A stretch of 64,000 nucleotides of DNA from Eledone cirrhosa (lineage: Eukaryota). The position numbers and the translations under genes are program-made. The number at the start of each line of letters is the position of its first letter. The stretch's first letter is position 1. Positions 1 to 13,268 of this stretch are shown piece by piece. The notes beneath the pieces were generated by a model, which searched no databases, was not told where the DNA came from, and saw nothing but the letters and a program-made list of their open reading frames with translations. The stretch spans positions 188,480,001 through 188,544,000 of the forward strand of contig OZ024740.1 in the NCBI GenBank assembly GCA_964016885.1, given 5' to 3'.

Positions 1-214
1 AGTATTGTTTCTGCAGTATCTCAGCCATGGTTTTAGCATTGTCTTGAAGAGTGCCATTTTCATCAATTAGAGGGTCAACAGTAGAGCCAGTGGTTTTGTG
101 TTTTTTTGCAAATGAAAAGAACACTTTGGGATTGAGTTTGATCTTCTCAATGGCCCAGGCCTCTTCAGCTCTTCTCTGATTGTTGATGAGGGACATTATG
201 TTGTTTTGGAAGTT

Positions 215-269
215 ATGTATATATATATATCTATATATATATATATATATATATATTTATGTATGTATG

Positions 270-300
<31 letters not shown>

Positions 301-801
301 ATATATATATGTATATATGTATATATATATATATGTATGTATATATATATATGTATATATGTATATATATATATATGTATGTATATATATATATGTATAT
401 ATGTATATATATATGTATGTATATATATATATATGTATGTATATATATATATATATATGTATGTATATATATATATATATATGTATGTATGTGTATATAT
501 ATATGTATGTATATATATATATATGTATGTATATATATATATATATATGTCTGTATATATATATATATATGTATGTATATATATATATATATATGTATGT
601 ATGTGTATATATATATGTATGTATATATATATATATATATGTATGTATATATATATATATATATGTATGTATGTGTATATATATATGTATGTATATATAT
701 ATATATGTATGTATATATGTATGTATATGTATATATATATGTATGTATATATATATATGTATGTATATATATATATCTATATATATATATATATATATAT
801 C

Positions 802-851
<50 letters not shown>

Positions 852-879
852 TGTATGTATATATTTATATATATGTATG

Positions 880-932
<53 letters not shown>

Positions 933-971
933 GTATGTATATATATACATGTATGTATGTATGTATATATA
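215..971. repeat. Compound (TA)n/(TATG)n microsatellite array
   Basis: Seen directly; source of the spurious Y/I/M/C/V ORFs. Confidence 0.97.
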
Positions 972-1470
972 ATGAAAAATTGAACAGGGACAGAACAGAG
1001 AGGCAGTACAATAAATGTTCATTAAATTCCCGCTCAGGAGAGTGGTGGGTAGGTGGGGTTCGACGTTTCGGGCATAAGCCCTTCTTCAGGTGAGAAGTGT
1101 GTGGGAACAGAGTTCAAAAGGTGTGTAGGGGAGTGGTGGAGAGACATATAGCGAAAGGAAACGGTGCGAATGAAAAAGTAACAAATAAAACAAAAAATAT
1201 AATAAATAAAAATAAAGCATGATCAAAATACAAGGAATGAGAAAATTTAAAAATAAAGGCATCATCAAAATAAACTGAAATTAAAAGGGGGGTAAACAGG
1301 TGGTGGAAGGGTGTGGGGTGAGTAGGGGTGGTGGCGGGTAGAGTGGGGAGAGGGAGACGGGGTGTCCGAGCGGGGAGGGCTGAAGGTGGTGTGTGTGGTA
1401 AGGTGTGCGTGTGTGTGTGTGTGTGTGTGTGTATGTGAAAGTGAGGGTTGGGGAAGAACGGGGTTGCATA
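972..1470 (-). mobile_element. Probable Penelope-like retroelement terminal fragment inserted in a TA array
   Basis: Non-repetitive insert between TA arrays that contains a hammerhead core at 1062-1089; boundaries approximate. Confidence 0.5.
1059..1092 (-). ncRNA. Minimal type I hammerhead ribozyme motif (Penelope-type)
   Basis: Minus strand reads CTGAAGA-A-GGGC-TTAT-GCCC-GAAA-CG-TC: both core boxes, 4-bp stem II, palindromic ACGT minimal stem III. Stem I pairing is poor. Confidence 0.7.
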
Positions 1471-1474
1471 TTCA

Positions 1475-1506
1475 TGTATGTATATATATATATGTATGTA
1501 TGTATG

Positions 1507-1539
<33 letters not shown>

Positions 1540-1674
1540 GTATGTATGTATATATATATATATGTATGTATGTATGTTCTTTTACCTTTATTCTTTTACC
1601 TGTTTCAGCCATCCGGCAGAGGCCATGCTGGGGCACCGCCCTTGTTGCTACACATATGTATATATGTATGTATG

Positions 1675-1705
<31 letters not shown>

Positions 1706-1778
1706 ATATATATATATATGTATATATGTATATATATATATGTATGTATATATATATGTATGTTTATGTATATATATG

Positions 1779-1833
<55 letters not shown>

Positions 1834-1912
1834 ATATATATGTATGTATATGTACATGTAAATATATGTATATATGTATGTATGTATATATATATGTATG
1901 TATATGTATATG

Positions 1913-1961
<49 letters not shown>

Positions 1962-2168
1962 ATATATATGTATGTATATATATATGTATGTATATATATA
2001 TATATGTATGTATATATATATATATATATGTATGTATATATATATATGTATGTATATGTATATATATGTATGTATATATATATGTATGTATATGTATATA
2101 TATGTATGTATATATATATGTATATATATATGTATGTATATGTATATATATGTATGTATATATATATG

Positions 2169-2215
<47 letters not shown>

Positions 2216-2604
2216 GTATGTATATATATATGTATGTATATATATATGTATGTATATATATATGTATATGTATGTATATATATATATATGTATGTATATA
2301 TATATGTATGTATGTATATATATATATATATGTATATATATATGTATGTATATATATATATATGTATGTATATATATATATATATGTATGTATATATATA
2401 TATATATGTATGTATATATATATATATATGTATGTATATATATATATATATGTATGTATATATATATATATATGTATGTATATATATATATATATATATG
2501 TATGTATATATATATATATATAAGTATGTATGTATATATATATGTATGTATATATATATATATGTATGTATATATATATATGTATGTATATATATATATG
2601 TATG

Positions 2605-2635
<31 letters not shown>

Positions 2636-2668
2636 ATATATATATGTATGTATATATATATATGTATG

Positions 2669-2703
<35 letters not shown>

Positions 2704-2760
2704 ATATATATATATGTATGTATATATATATATGTATGTATATATATATATATATGTATG

Positions 2761-2791
<31 letters not shown>

Positions 2792-3119
2792 GTATGTATA
2801 TATATATATATGTATGTATATATATATATATGTATGTATATATATATATATGTATATGTATATATATATGTATGTATATATATATATATGTATATGTATA
2901 TATATATGTATGTATGTATATATATATATGTATGTATGTATATATATATATGTATGTATATATATATATATATGTATGTATATATATATATATATATGTA
3001 TGTATATGTATATATATATATGTATGTATATATATATATATATATGTATGTATATGTATATATATATATATGTATATATATCTATATATGTATGTATATA
3101 ATATATATATATATGTATG

Positions 3120-3151
<32 letters not shown>

Positions 3152-3362
3152 TGTATGTATATGTATATATATATATATGTATATATATCTATATATGTAT
3201 GTATATAATATATATATATATGTATGTATATATATATATGTATGTATATATATATATATTTATGTATATATATATGTATGTATATATATATATATATGTA
3301 TGTATATATATATGTATGTATATGTATATATATATGTATGTATATGTATGTATATATATGTG

Positions 3363-3456
<94 letters not shown>

Positions 3457-3482
3457 TGTATATATATATATATATATGTTTG

Positions 3483-3513
<31 letters not shown>

Positions 3514-3536
3514 GTGTATGTATATATATATGTTTG

Positions 3537-3567
<31 letters not shown>

Positions 3568-3574
3568 GTGTATG

Positions 3575-3614
<40 letters not shown>

Positions 3615-3684
3615 TATATATGTGTATGTATCTGTATATATGTATGTATATATATATATATATGTATGTATATGTAAATGTATG

Positions 3685-3717
<33 letters not shown>

Positions 3718-3924
3718 ATATATATATATGTATATGTATATGTATATATATGTATATGTATATGTATATATATATATATGTATGTATATATATATATATA
3801 TATGTATATATATGTGTATAAGTATATATATGTATATATGTATATATATATATATGTATGTATATATAAATATATATGTATATATATATGTATATATATA
3901 CGTATATATATATATATGTGTGTG

Positions 3925-4015
<91 letters not shown>

Positions 4016-4056
4016 GTATATATATATGTGTGTATATATATATATATATATGTATG
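1475..4056. repeat. About 2.6-kb compound (TA)n/(TATG)n array
   Basis: Seen directly; interrupted at about 1577-1652. Confidence 0.97.
1577..1650 (-). mobile_element. SINE 3' fragment (family C)
   Basis: TTCTTTTACCTGTTTCAGCCAT...GGCCATGCTGGGGCACCGCC; similar sequence at about 5452-5600 and 62545-62700. Confidence 0.55.
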
Positions 4057-4513
4057 TCAAAGGGCAAAGGAGCTCTTGAGAGTCAATGGCCATCCAAAAT
4101 CACCGGGAGAGATGACCCCTTAGCCTTTGTCAAGGCAGAATTCTAGGAGAAGGAAAACTCTGATATAACACCTGCAACTCTGATGGTATCCAATGATGTT
4201 GATTTGTTCTTCTTTTTGGTAAATATCATCTTGGTTAAGAGAGTGGGACTGGCTTTGTGCAGTGCCTTTACTCACTATAAAAGATTCACGGCACAGGCAT
4301 TGCTTTATATCTGGAGATCTCTCTGCACTTGTTGTCACATGGTACCATGGGCCCGGCACTATGTGTCAATAATTGTCACAGGTGTAGTGTTTGTACCAGA
4401 GTTTTCAAGTCGCTGGCTGGACTAAAAAGTCACACTTGTTTAGCGTATCGGTAGGGGTTCTCCTACATGGATGTAAAGTAGTGGCCGTACTCGAAAACGA
4501 GTTGGCAGCCACC
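4057..4513 (+). mobile_element. Probable RTE-clade LINE 5' UTR fragment
   Basis: CCTTAGCCTTTGTCAAGGCAG...CTAGGAGAAGGAAAACTCTGA resembles RTE 5' UTR motifs from memory; inserted between TA arrays; no coding evidence. Confidence 0.35.
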
Positions 4514-4748
4514 ATATATGTATGTATATATGTATATATATATATGTATGTATATATGTATATATATATATGTATGTATATATGTATATATATATATGTA
4601 TGTATATATGTATATATATATATATGTATGTATATATGTGTATATATATATATGTATGTATATATGTGTATATATATATATGTATGTATATATGTATATA
4701 TATATATATGTATGTATATATGTATATATATATATATGTATGTATATA

Positions 4749-4781
<33 letters not shown>

Positions 4782-4800
4782 ATATATATATGTATATATG

Positions 4801-4849
<49 letters not shown>

Positions 4850-4852
4850 GTA

Positions 4853-4938
<86 letters not shown>
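4514..4938. repeat. (TA)n/(TATG)n array
   Basis: Seen directly. Confidence 0.97.
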
Positions 4939-4940
<2 letters not shown>

Positions 4941-5160
4941 AACGAGTAGGACGCCGACGGCTGAGCTCAAGCCGTTTCTTCGGCTAATTCTGGACTAAAA
5001 AAAAAAGATTTTTTTTTTAGTCCAGAATTACCCGTCGAAACGGCTTGAGCTCAGCCGTCGGGGTCCTACTCGTTCCTATCACCCACTCTACTACCCTAAG
5101 TATTGAGTACTTTGGTGCGTTATGGTCCATCTGGTTTCTTACCACTTTTCCTTCGTTATA
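4936..5160 (+). mobile_element. Foldback element: about 144-bp inverted repeat plus about 80-bp unique tail, containing a hammerhead 3' half
   Basis: IR 4936-5079 with few mismatches; GAAA-CGGC-TTGAGCTCA-GCCG-TC at 5037-5059; tail homologous (reverse complement) to 58739-58806. Confidence 0.75.
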
Positions 5161-5451
5161 TATTATATAGTTTTCTGAATTGAGAGATCACAGCTCTGAT
5201 ACTATGAGCATGTGGTTAGAATGTCCCAGGAAAGGACAGGAAAGGATTGCTGGACAGATCGTGTGGACAAAATCAACTGGAAGGAAACCCAGAGGTGGAC
5301 CCTGAGCAAGATGGTTGGATAATATACACAAGCTTGGCTGGTTCCGCTTGGAGATCCAGCTGGATTAGTTGGAAAATAAATATTTTCCAATTAATTTTAT
5401 ACTAAATTAAGAATTTCCTGTTAGCTTTATTTAAGGATTAGGTATTATAAA

Positions 5452-5600
5452 TCTTTTACTGGTTTCACCCATTAGACTCTGGCCATGCCAGGGCATTGCT
5501 TTGAAGGGATGTAGTCAATCATATCAAACCATGTACTTATTTTTCAAATCTGGTACTTATGTTATTGACCTTGTTTGTCAAACTGCTAAGCTACAGGGTA
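5452..5600 (-). mobile_element. Decayed SINE (family C)
   Basis: TCTTTTACTGGTTTCACCCATTAGACTCTGGCCATGCCAGGGCA, similar to 1577-1650. Confidence 0.5.
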
Positions 5601-6994
5601 TAAATGAATATGCACACACACATACACAGGAACACTCACACACAAATGCATAAATACACACACACACACACACACATACATACATTGGTTATAATGAAGA
5701 AGAGAGAAATGCTCAATACATGATGTAGTGTATTTCTTTAGTTAATGCATTCTGCTATTACCCTACATTTCATAATTCTTCAATATATTTGATAAACCTG
5801 CTAGACTATTATGGAAGAAAAACATGCCTTAACTGCAAAAACCACAGAAGTGTAATTGGTTAACACACACCATAACTAAAAAAAAATATATATATATATA
5901 TGAGCAAGACAAGGTCACCCGAATTGGCACTGCCGACAACAGGACAACCCGTCTAATCCACGCTAGCATGGAAGAATGGACATAAAATGGTAATGATGAT
6001 GATATATAAGAGACCACAATACTTGAAATGACAGTAAAAACTCACATTTATCTTAAACCTTTGCTTGGATTTTCATGTTGGATTTCTTAATACCATCTGT
6101 ATATATAAATATATATTGCCATATGTTTGATTGTAAGACATTATGGATAAATGAATAAAGAAATGTGACAAAATTTATAATCTGCTGCAAGTGGTTTGCT
6201 ATATTTCTAAACACCTATCTCGCTGTAACTCAAATCAGTCTACAGCAGTAAATGTCAGGGAATCAGAGAAGGAACATTTTAAGCCTCATGCTTACCTTCA
6301 TAAACAACTGATACTGCTATGCTCTTTTCCTTGTTTCAATGAAAGGTTTGAAAAATGGTTTCTTAATATTATTGATTAAACAGTCCCAAATAAATTCAAA
6401 TTTGCACATTGTTGCTTTGGCTAATGGACATCACCATCGTCATCACCACCATTTTCATTATTTAACATCTATGTTCCATTATTGCATGGGTTACATGGGC
6501 TGTCATATTCTGAGGTTTGACTAGTCAGGTGATCATGTTTTGCTCATACATTCCATTTTTGGCTTGGTTTCTATGGCTGGATGCCTTTCCCCATGCTAAC
6601 CACTTTACAACATGTACTGGGAATATTTTATTGAGATTTCTGCACTACCACCTTACAGGTTAGACTGGGTTCTACTGTAGTGTCATCCGCACTACTGCTT
6701 TACTGTGCATATGTGTGTAAATGTAGCTGTGCATGTAGATATGTGTGTAGATGTATGCATGTATGTATAACTGTCTTTTCCTTCTTAATTTTTATATTTT
6801 ATTTAGAAAATAAATAAAGAGAAACAAACAGGTATTTTTCATTGTGGTATCAGCATCAACCATCTTTGTCAAATTTCTTTGCAACTGTCTGCAATGTTGC
6901 CTCCATAAGTATCTAGCATAAATAATAAATGCTGAGAATTGTTCTATTTTACAATTGACATTTAAGTTCATATTTCAGAAAAAACTAAAGGAAT

Positions 6995-7150
6995 AATGAT
7001 TTCTAGTTAAGGCACAAGGCCAGCAAGTTTAAGGGAAAATGAAGTTGACTAATAGTTTATTTTATTTAACTTAAAAAGATAAAAAGCAAAGTTTCTTCCA
7101 ATGGGATTTGAACTCATCATGTAAAGAGCCAGAACAAATACCACTATGGC
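6995..7150 (-). mobile_element. Decayed SINE related to family A
   Basis: AGGCACAAGGCCAGCAA ... AAAGCAAAGTT ... GGGATTTGAACTCA motifs in family A order. Confidence 0.5.
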
Positions 7151-8532
7151 ATTATTATGAATATTGAAATATAAAAGTGATGGCCTTCAGAAAGATTAAG
7201 TAATTCTGATTGGAAATGCTTTAATTATAATAAATCAGACTAAATGCTAGATATACTACAGGCCTCTCTTTATATGGGGTGGGGCTTGCAAAAATATACC
7301 TTTATTAAATTAATCAGGGCTCAAATAGAAACTGCTAGACACAGTGTAATTACTCTTGTATGGGTTGAAAACAATGATGTATTGGTTAGTTTTGAGTGCA
7401 CAACATTTTATTTTGTGGACTACCATATATAGAAAAGTTGTAGAAGTGTGCATGTGGGTGTTTTTATCATCAGTTTCAATGGTGTTGATTAAAGATGTGT
7501 AATGCTTTTTATTATTTCTTGTATTTTTGTCTTCTGGTTATGACATCTTTCAATTCTTGTTCCCTGTTTCACTTAATTTTCACAGTTGAAGCCAAGAGCA
7601 TAGCCAGCTTGATTCACCATTCTGCCAGTTATTTATCTTTCCAGCTGTTTCAATATTCATTTTGCCAACATGTCTAGATGTTTTGTTCATACATTTTTGT
7701 GTGGCTTTGTATGTGCATGCATATATAGGAACAGATGTACATACATATATGTGTTTTCATATATACATATTTGCATACATATGTACACAAATATCTGTAT
7801 ATCTAAATAGGTATGATCTGGTATAGACATACAAACTACATGATAAATTGCTGTCTAATGTAAGGTAACAGTAATAGTTGTTTAGTGTCAAGTTATGATA
7901 AACACAATTCAATAAAAGTGTTAATTAACACTAAGATTGGAAAAAGATAAACAACATAGCTGAATGTTTAATGAAAGTAGATGTTATAACACCTATCCAA
8001 CTCAGTGTTGAGCATTATGAATTTTGTCAGTTCAAACTCATTTAGTTTTAATGTAGGAATGTTAGCACATTTATACACATTATGATAATTCAAAGCACTT
8101 AATGCCAAGTAGTTATTCTCATGTTTGTATACTATAATAGATTCCAATTCAACAGTAATGATCAGCATTATGTAGTGTATTTAGATCTAACAAACTTCGC
8201 TATAAATTTGCTACTTCGCTATAAATGTGCTATCTGTTAGATATGCTGGATCAGATTTATTTAAACACTGCATCTTTTGTATAAGTCCAATTTAATTTGG
8301 AAAAGTTTGCTTGTTGTAAGTAAATGTGTATTATGTGGATATAGTTATGCATTATTTAGAAAGCTTAAATACATGAGCTTAGAATCTATAATATAAATTC
8401 AAGTAAGATTATGTTGTATTCAATTTTTTTGATAAGCTTATTTCATTATATTATCAAATGATATTGTTAAAAACACTGTTTTCTCTCAAAGACATTTTCA
8501 CAGCTAAATTACATTATTTCTCTATTGTTAGA

Positions 8533-8693
8533 GGGTTGGACGCCATGCTTTCTAACATAGTTACGTCCCTTTACAGTCTGAGTTCAAATCCCGCCGAGGT
8601 TAACTTTGCCTTTCATCCTTACGGGGTCGATAAAATAAAGTACCAGTAATGTACTGGGTAATTGCTGGCCTTGTGCCTAAAGTAGAAACAATT
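8533..8693 (+). mobile_element. tRNA-derived SINE family A, 5'-truncated, with 20-bp target-site duplication
   Basis: B box GAGTTCAAATCC and core GCCTTTCATCCTTACGGGGTCGATAAAATAAAGTACC; TSD ATTATTTCTCTATTGTTAGA at 8513-8532 and 8691-8710. Confidence 0.9.
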
Positions 8694-10093
8694 ATTTCTC
8701 TATTGTTAGAAAAATGATGTGAATTTCATGAATGTTTTCAGTGATATAATATTGAAGGTATAGAAGGCATTTTACACTCAAGTAGATTCTGTATTGAAAC
8801 ATTTTGGGATAACATTAACATTTGTCAGATTATAACATAAATTTTACAGGTGAATGGCTTTTCCTATAAATATGGTCAATTTGACAGAGTTGTTAGTGTT
8901 GGATATTTGTTCTGAGTCACTGTCTTCAAATCTTACTTAGGTCCAATTTGCATTTTGATTCTTTGGGGCTTGATAAAGAAAGTATCAACTGAGTGCTGGT
9001 GCACTCCTCCCTTCTTCCAACTGTCACATTCAGAATTTTCTATTGGATCAAGGTAGGGTATCAAAAGGGTTTCTATGTGTCTATCTTTGCTTGCAACTAC
9101 ATGGGCACCTAAGCCCCTTTTTGAAAACATGTTACCAAGTCATGCTTCACCACAAGTGATAGCTCTAGTTACTAGTTATATATATAAATACGGAGTAGGG
9201 GGGGGGGGGGATCTAATTATATACTAGTAGTATTTTGCTACTTTGACATTTACAACTAAATATTGTGAAAACATTGAGAAAAGATGATGATATTTAAAAT
9301 CAAGAATAAAATAGTTTTATATAAATAGTGAATAGATTTCATATTTATTCTTGTATGGAAAAATAGACAGTAATAAACATACTCTGAGAATCAGATATCT
9401 TTAATTGGGAAAAATTCATATATTTCATATTCTAAACTCTAACTGAAGTAGTAGTAATTTTCAGTTTGCTAGGGACAAGATTTTAGAAAAGTATTTATTA
9501 GGATATAGAATCCAATAATGTCTTAGAAATGAAATTAAGATTAGTTTAGATATAATTTTATTCTAAAATATAATAATAGAATAATGATTACACTCAAAAA
9601 TATTTCACATACATAATCTTTTAACCAGTCACATAAACTCTGGTACCTGTTACAGACTGGTACTTATTTCATTGATTTCTATAATTGTTGAACTTCTAAA
9701 TCACAAAATCTGAAGACACACAGCATAAATAACACCAAGCTTTAGACAAGTGCAAATAAAGATACACTTATGGATCAGACACATATATATTATATCTGCC
9801 TGTCCGTTTAACTATCAGTCTTTCTCTCTCCATACATCTGCAATTATTTCATTAACTCGTCAAAACTGTAGAGGATTGAGATCTGAAGAGCATATTTTAA
9901 TGATTGTGACTTGTTCGCTTTCATCCCTTCTTTATCCTCCATCCTATCTTCTCTTCCTTCGAGTCAACTCCCATTGAGCTGCTGATCTCTGTCCTTCGAG
10001 GTAATATTTTACCCAATGCTGCTTCAGTGACATTTTGCTGTTCTAACAGTTTCCATATGCGAGTTTCCTGAGAACTTATATATATATAAATAA

Positions 10094-10141
<48 letters not shown>

Positions 10142-11387
10142 TCTGATAACTTGGAAGAATATATATTTATTTATATATATATAGATACATGTATGTATAT
10201 ATGCACAACGCATTTATATATGTATGTCTGTTTGTGTGTGTGTAAGCTATTCTCGCAGTAGTAAAGAAATGCTTACCAATTACTGATAAAGCAGTAATAA
10301 ATGCTAAAACTAGTCAGATCGATCTCTTTCTCTGATTTCCTGAAGAAAAACTTGGTTCAAGAGCAGCAGCTAAATGTGTATGCTTACTAAAATGACATGT
10401 TTATAAGATTACCTTAAATGCACACATGCATTCATGCATGTGTGTGCATGCAAGTGTATATATACACATAAGTCGTGTTATCTTTCTCTCTCTCTATCTC
10501 CCTATACACACACACATATATGTGTGTGTATTCATTTATATGTATATCACTTTGCAGGAGCACTAATACAAATATATATATATACACAGACATAGTTTCA
10601 ATCTTAGAAGAAGCAAAGAAACATCTGAAAAAAAAAACGTTTTGTTGTGTCTCCATGAAGATGGGAGCCAATATATTTTATATACCTGAGGATAAAATCT
10701 AAGTGCCAATTTAATAGAGAAATAGCAATATAAGCAAACATCAACAATAAGAAAAGACCTTCATCCATGCAACACTGTCACTGAAATTCTAGCTTTTTAA
10801 TGGACTATGGCTGGGTTTAAAAAAAAAATACCTTTCAAGATACTTGAAATATGATCTATGCTTTTGTATGGGTGATATTGAGTGTGTTCAAGTGTTTTTC
10901 TGTGTGTATATATAAGGGAGAAAGTGTGTGTGAGTATGTGTCAGGCAACCAGCTACTCAGTCTTACTGCCTAACTTAAGAGTACAATTAGTCTCTTCCCC
11001 CAGCAATAAAAACAAATAATATTCTTTGTCCCTCCACATATATCAACTCTTGTTTTACTATGCTTTTCCCCTACACATTTCTTCTTTCTTTTATCCATCA
11101 TCAACTCAGATCTGTCTTATTTCTTTAGAAATTGGTTCTGTTTACATTCTCCTTTGTAGTGTGTATATATCTGGGTTGATAGGGGGGGGGGGGGCTATTT
11201 GTATCTGTTTTTAATTCCTTTTCAATGTTTTTGTTTTATTTTTTGCTTTTATAGTTTTATTTTCTCATAAATTTATTTATATTATGCCTAATTGTAAACA
11301 AATACCTTTATTTTATACACATTTATAAAATAAATGGATTTGTTTATATATTTATATATATATCTATATCTCTCTCTCTCTATATAT

Positions 11388-11585
11388 ATAAGAATTAAAA
11401 GGGACAAGGTGCTGTGTGGTTACTAATAAAGAGTGTTTAGAAATGTAAGGAAAACAAAAGCATGAGACAATTCCCCTTTTCAGTTGTCTGTTGTGGGTCT
11501 CGCTAGGAAACATCAGAGACCCACAGCAGTCAATTGAAGAGGAGAATTGTCTTTTGTTTATGTTTCCCTGAGATTTCTAAACACT
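11388..11585. mobile_element. Foldback element: unique leader plus about 154-bp imperfect inverted repeat between TA tracts
   Basis: IR 11432-11585 (AGTGTTTAGAAAT...GTGGGTCTC / GAGACCCAC...ATTTCTAAACACT) with a 14-nt loop. Confidence 0.7.
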
Positions 11586-12743
11586 ATATATATATATATA
11601 TCATTGCTAATGTGGGAGATGTTTAACTCTTCGAATGCTTTGCTTTTTCCAGTAATAAAAGCTGTTATAAGAATTTCCACTTCCAATTGATTTGTCTTTC
11701 AAACCACCTTATCATATACCTACATCTGCCATCAACAATACTATTTACTTCAAACTATAGTCATGTATGTCAGTATGTATGTGTATGTTTGTGCAAGTCA
11801 GTATGTGTGTGTGTGTGTTTGTCTGTATTTATGTGTGTGTCACTCTGTGTATGGTGTGTATGTGAGTGTGTATGTATGTCAAGCACATGGCCAACACCAC
11901 CACTGCTAGTAGTAACTTGAGGACCATTACCCACATCCTCAGAATAGGTTTATTTTCCTGGTTGCTGTCTATATTTTCATTGTTATATTATCCTCATCCC
12001 TGTGTCTATGTATGTTATTGAAGCAGTTCTATTGTCATTATCTTTATTGATACAATCAGCTCACTACTAGCATTCTTATCATTATCATCATTATGAGGAT
12101 CAGCATTATTGCTCATTGTTATTCTCATCATAGCCCTTAAAGACATCCTTTTATCTGTGTAATCATTCATTATTAATGATAAAAGTCTTCTTTATACTAT
12201 ATAACTGAAAAACCATCCAAGTGGCTGAAATTATAGAGTCCTGCAGAAAATGTCCTGCGGTATTTAGTTCAAATCCTGTTTGGATCAAATTTATCTTTGT
12301 TCCTTCTACTCTCAGTAGAATTATTACCAATTGTTATTTAGTGAGGTTGATTAAATTGTCTATGCCCTCATGATTATCTGGGATTTCGTCCCATAGCAAA
12401 TATCAAACCATGTGCCTGTATCAAGATAGCTTTGTCTTTCATCCTTACAGGGTCAATAAAATAAAGCGCTAGCAATGGAGTGAGGTTGATTTAATATTTA
12501 ATCAACATTCCCCTCACCTCTAAATTGTTGGTCATATACCTATCCCAGAAACCATTGTTAATGAGAGGCCCAGACACATCCATGTGGTTAGGAAATTCAC
12601 TTAGTGACTGTGTGGGTGTGGATTTTTAACTCACTATACAGCAAATGTCTTCGATTATATCCTTCGATTGACTTCATGAATCGAATTTGGTAGAGGGGAA
12701 ACTGTACCCTGTGTGTGTATGCATTCATACACATATATATATA

Positions 12744-13129
12744 CGAGGGTAATCCCAAAAGTAAGGTCTTCAAAGCGATGGGGACGCAGAGATGTATGGC
12801 TGTCGGCAACACTGTTGTGATTGGTGCTTCTTTCACTCCCAAACAAGCATGCAAGCGCTTCGCTGGGATGCTCAACCTTTGCTTGGCAGCCGTTGAGAAT
12901 GGAGCTCCCGTTGAACGCTACCGCCAAGTGTGAATTTCGCGCAATTAGTATATAGAGGGCAATCCCAAAAGTAAGGTCTCCTTCCGAGGAAAACATGCGT
13001 AAAGATCGGCAGATCACTCTGGATGCTCTCTGCATTTTGGTTCCTGAGATTTCCCAAAGCACCATCCACAGGATTTTAACGGAAAAGTTGCAATATCGGA
13101 AGGAGACCTTACTTTTGGGATTGCCCTCA
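12744..13129 (+). mobile_element. Composite mariner deletion derivative (two left TIRs, one right TIR)
   Basis: TIR GAGGG(T/C)AATCCCAAAAGTAAGGTCT at 12745 and 12955, inverted at 13102-13128, flanked by TA. Transposase fragments MELPLNATAKCEFRAI (from 12899) and EENMRKDRQITLDALCILVPEISQSTIHRILTEKLQYRK (from 12986). Confidence 0.88.
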
Positions 13130-13174
13130 TATATAAAGTGACAATTATAAGAATTGTAGCTTTTTGTAAACTTC

Positions 13175-13268
13175 CTTTCATATTACGATTGTTTCTATTT
13201 TGATTAGCTCTGGTTTAATCATGCGATCGGATCCCAACTCTTAATTGACACATCTTCAGACATGAGAG
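13175..13268 (-). ncRNA. Type I hammerhead ribozyme candidate with long stem II
   Basis: Minus strand: CTCTCATGT-CTGAAGA-(57 nt)-GAAA-C-AATC-G-TA-ATATGAAAG. Stem I pairs 8 of 9 positions including one G.U; stem II is imperfect. Confidence 0.6.

Noticed and set aside
180-4998. Long ORFs of up to 579 aa rich in Y/I/M/C/V
   Set aside because: Translations of TA/TATG repeats that lack stop codons in several frames; not genes.
9880-9915. CTGAAGA hammerhead box
   Set aside because: No GAAA box follows a stem II.
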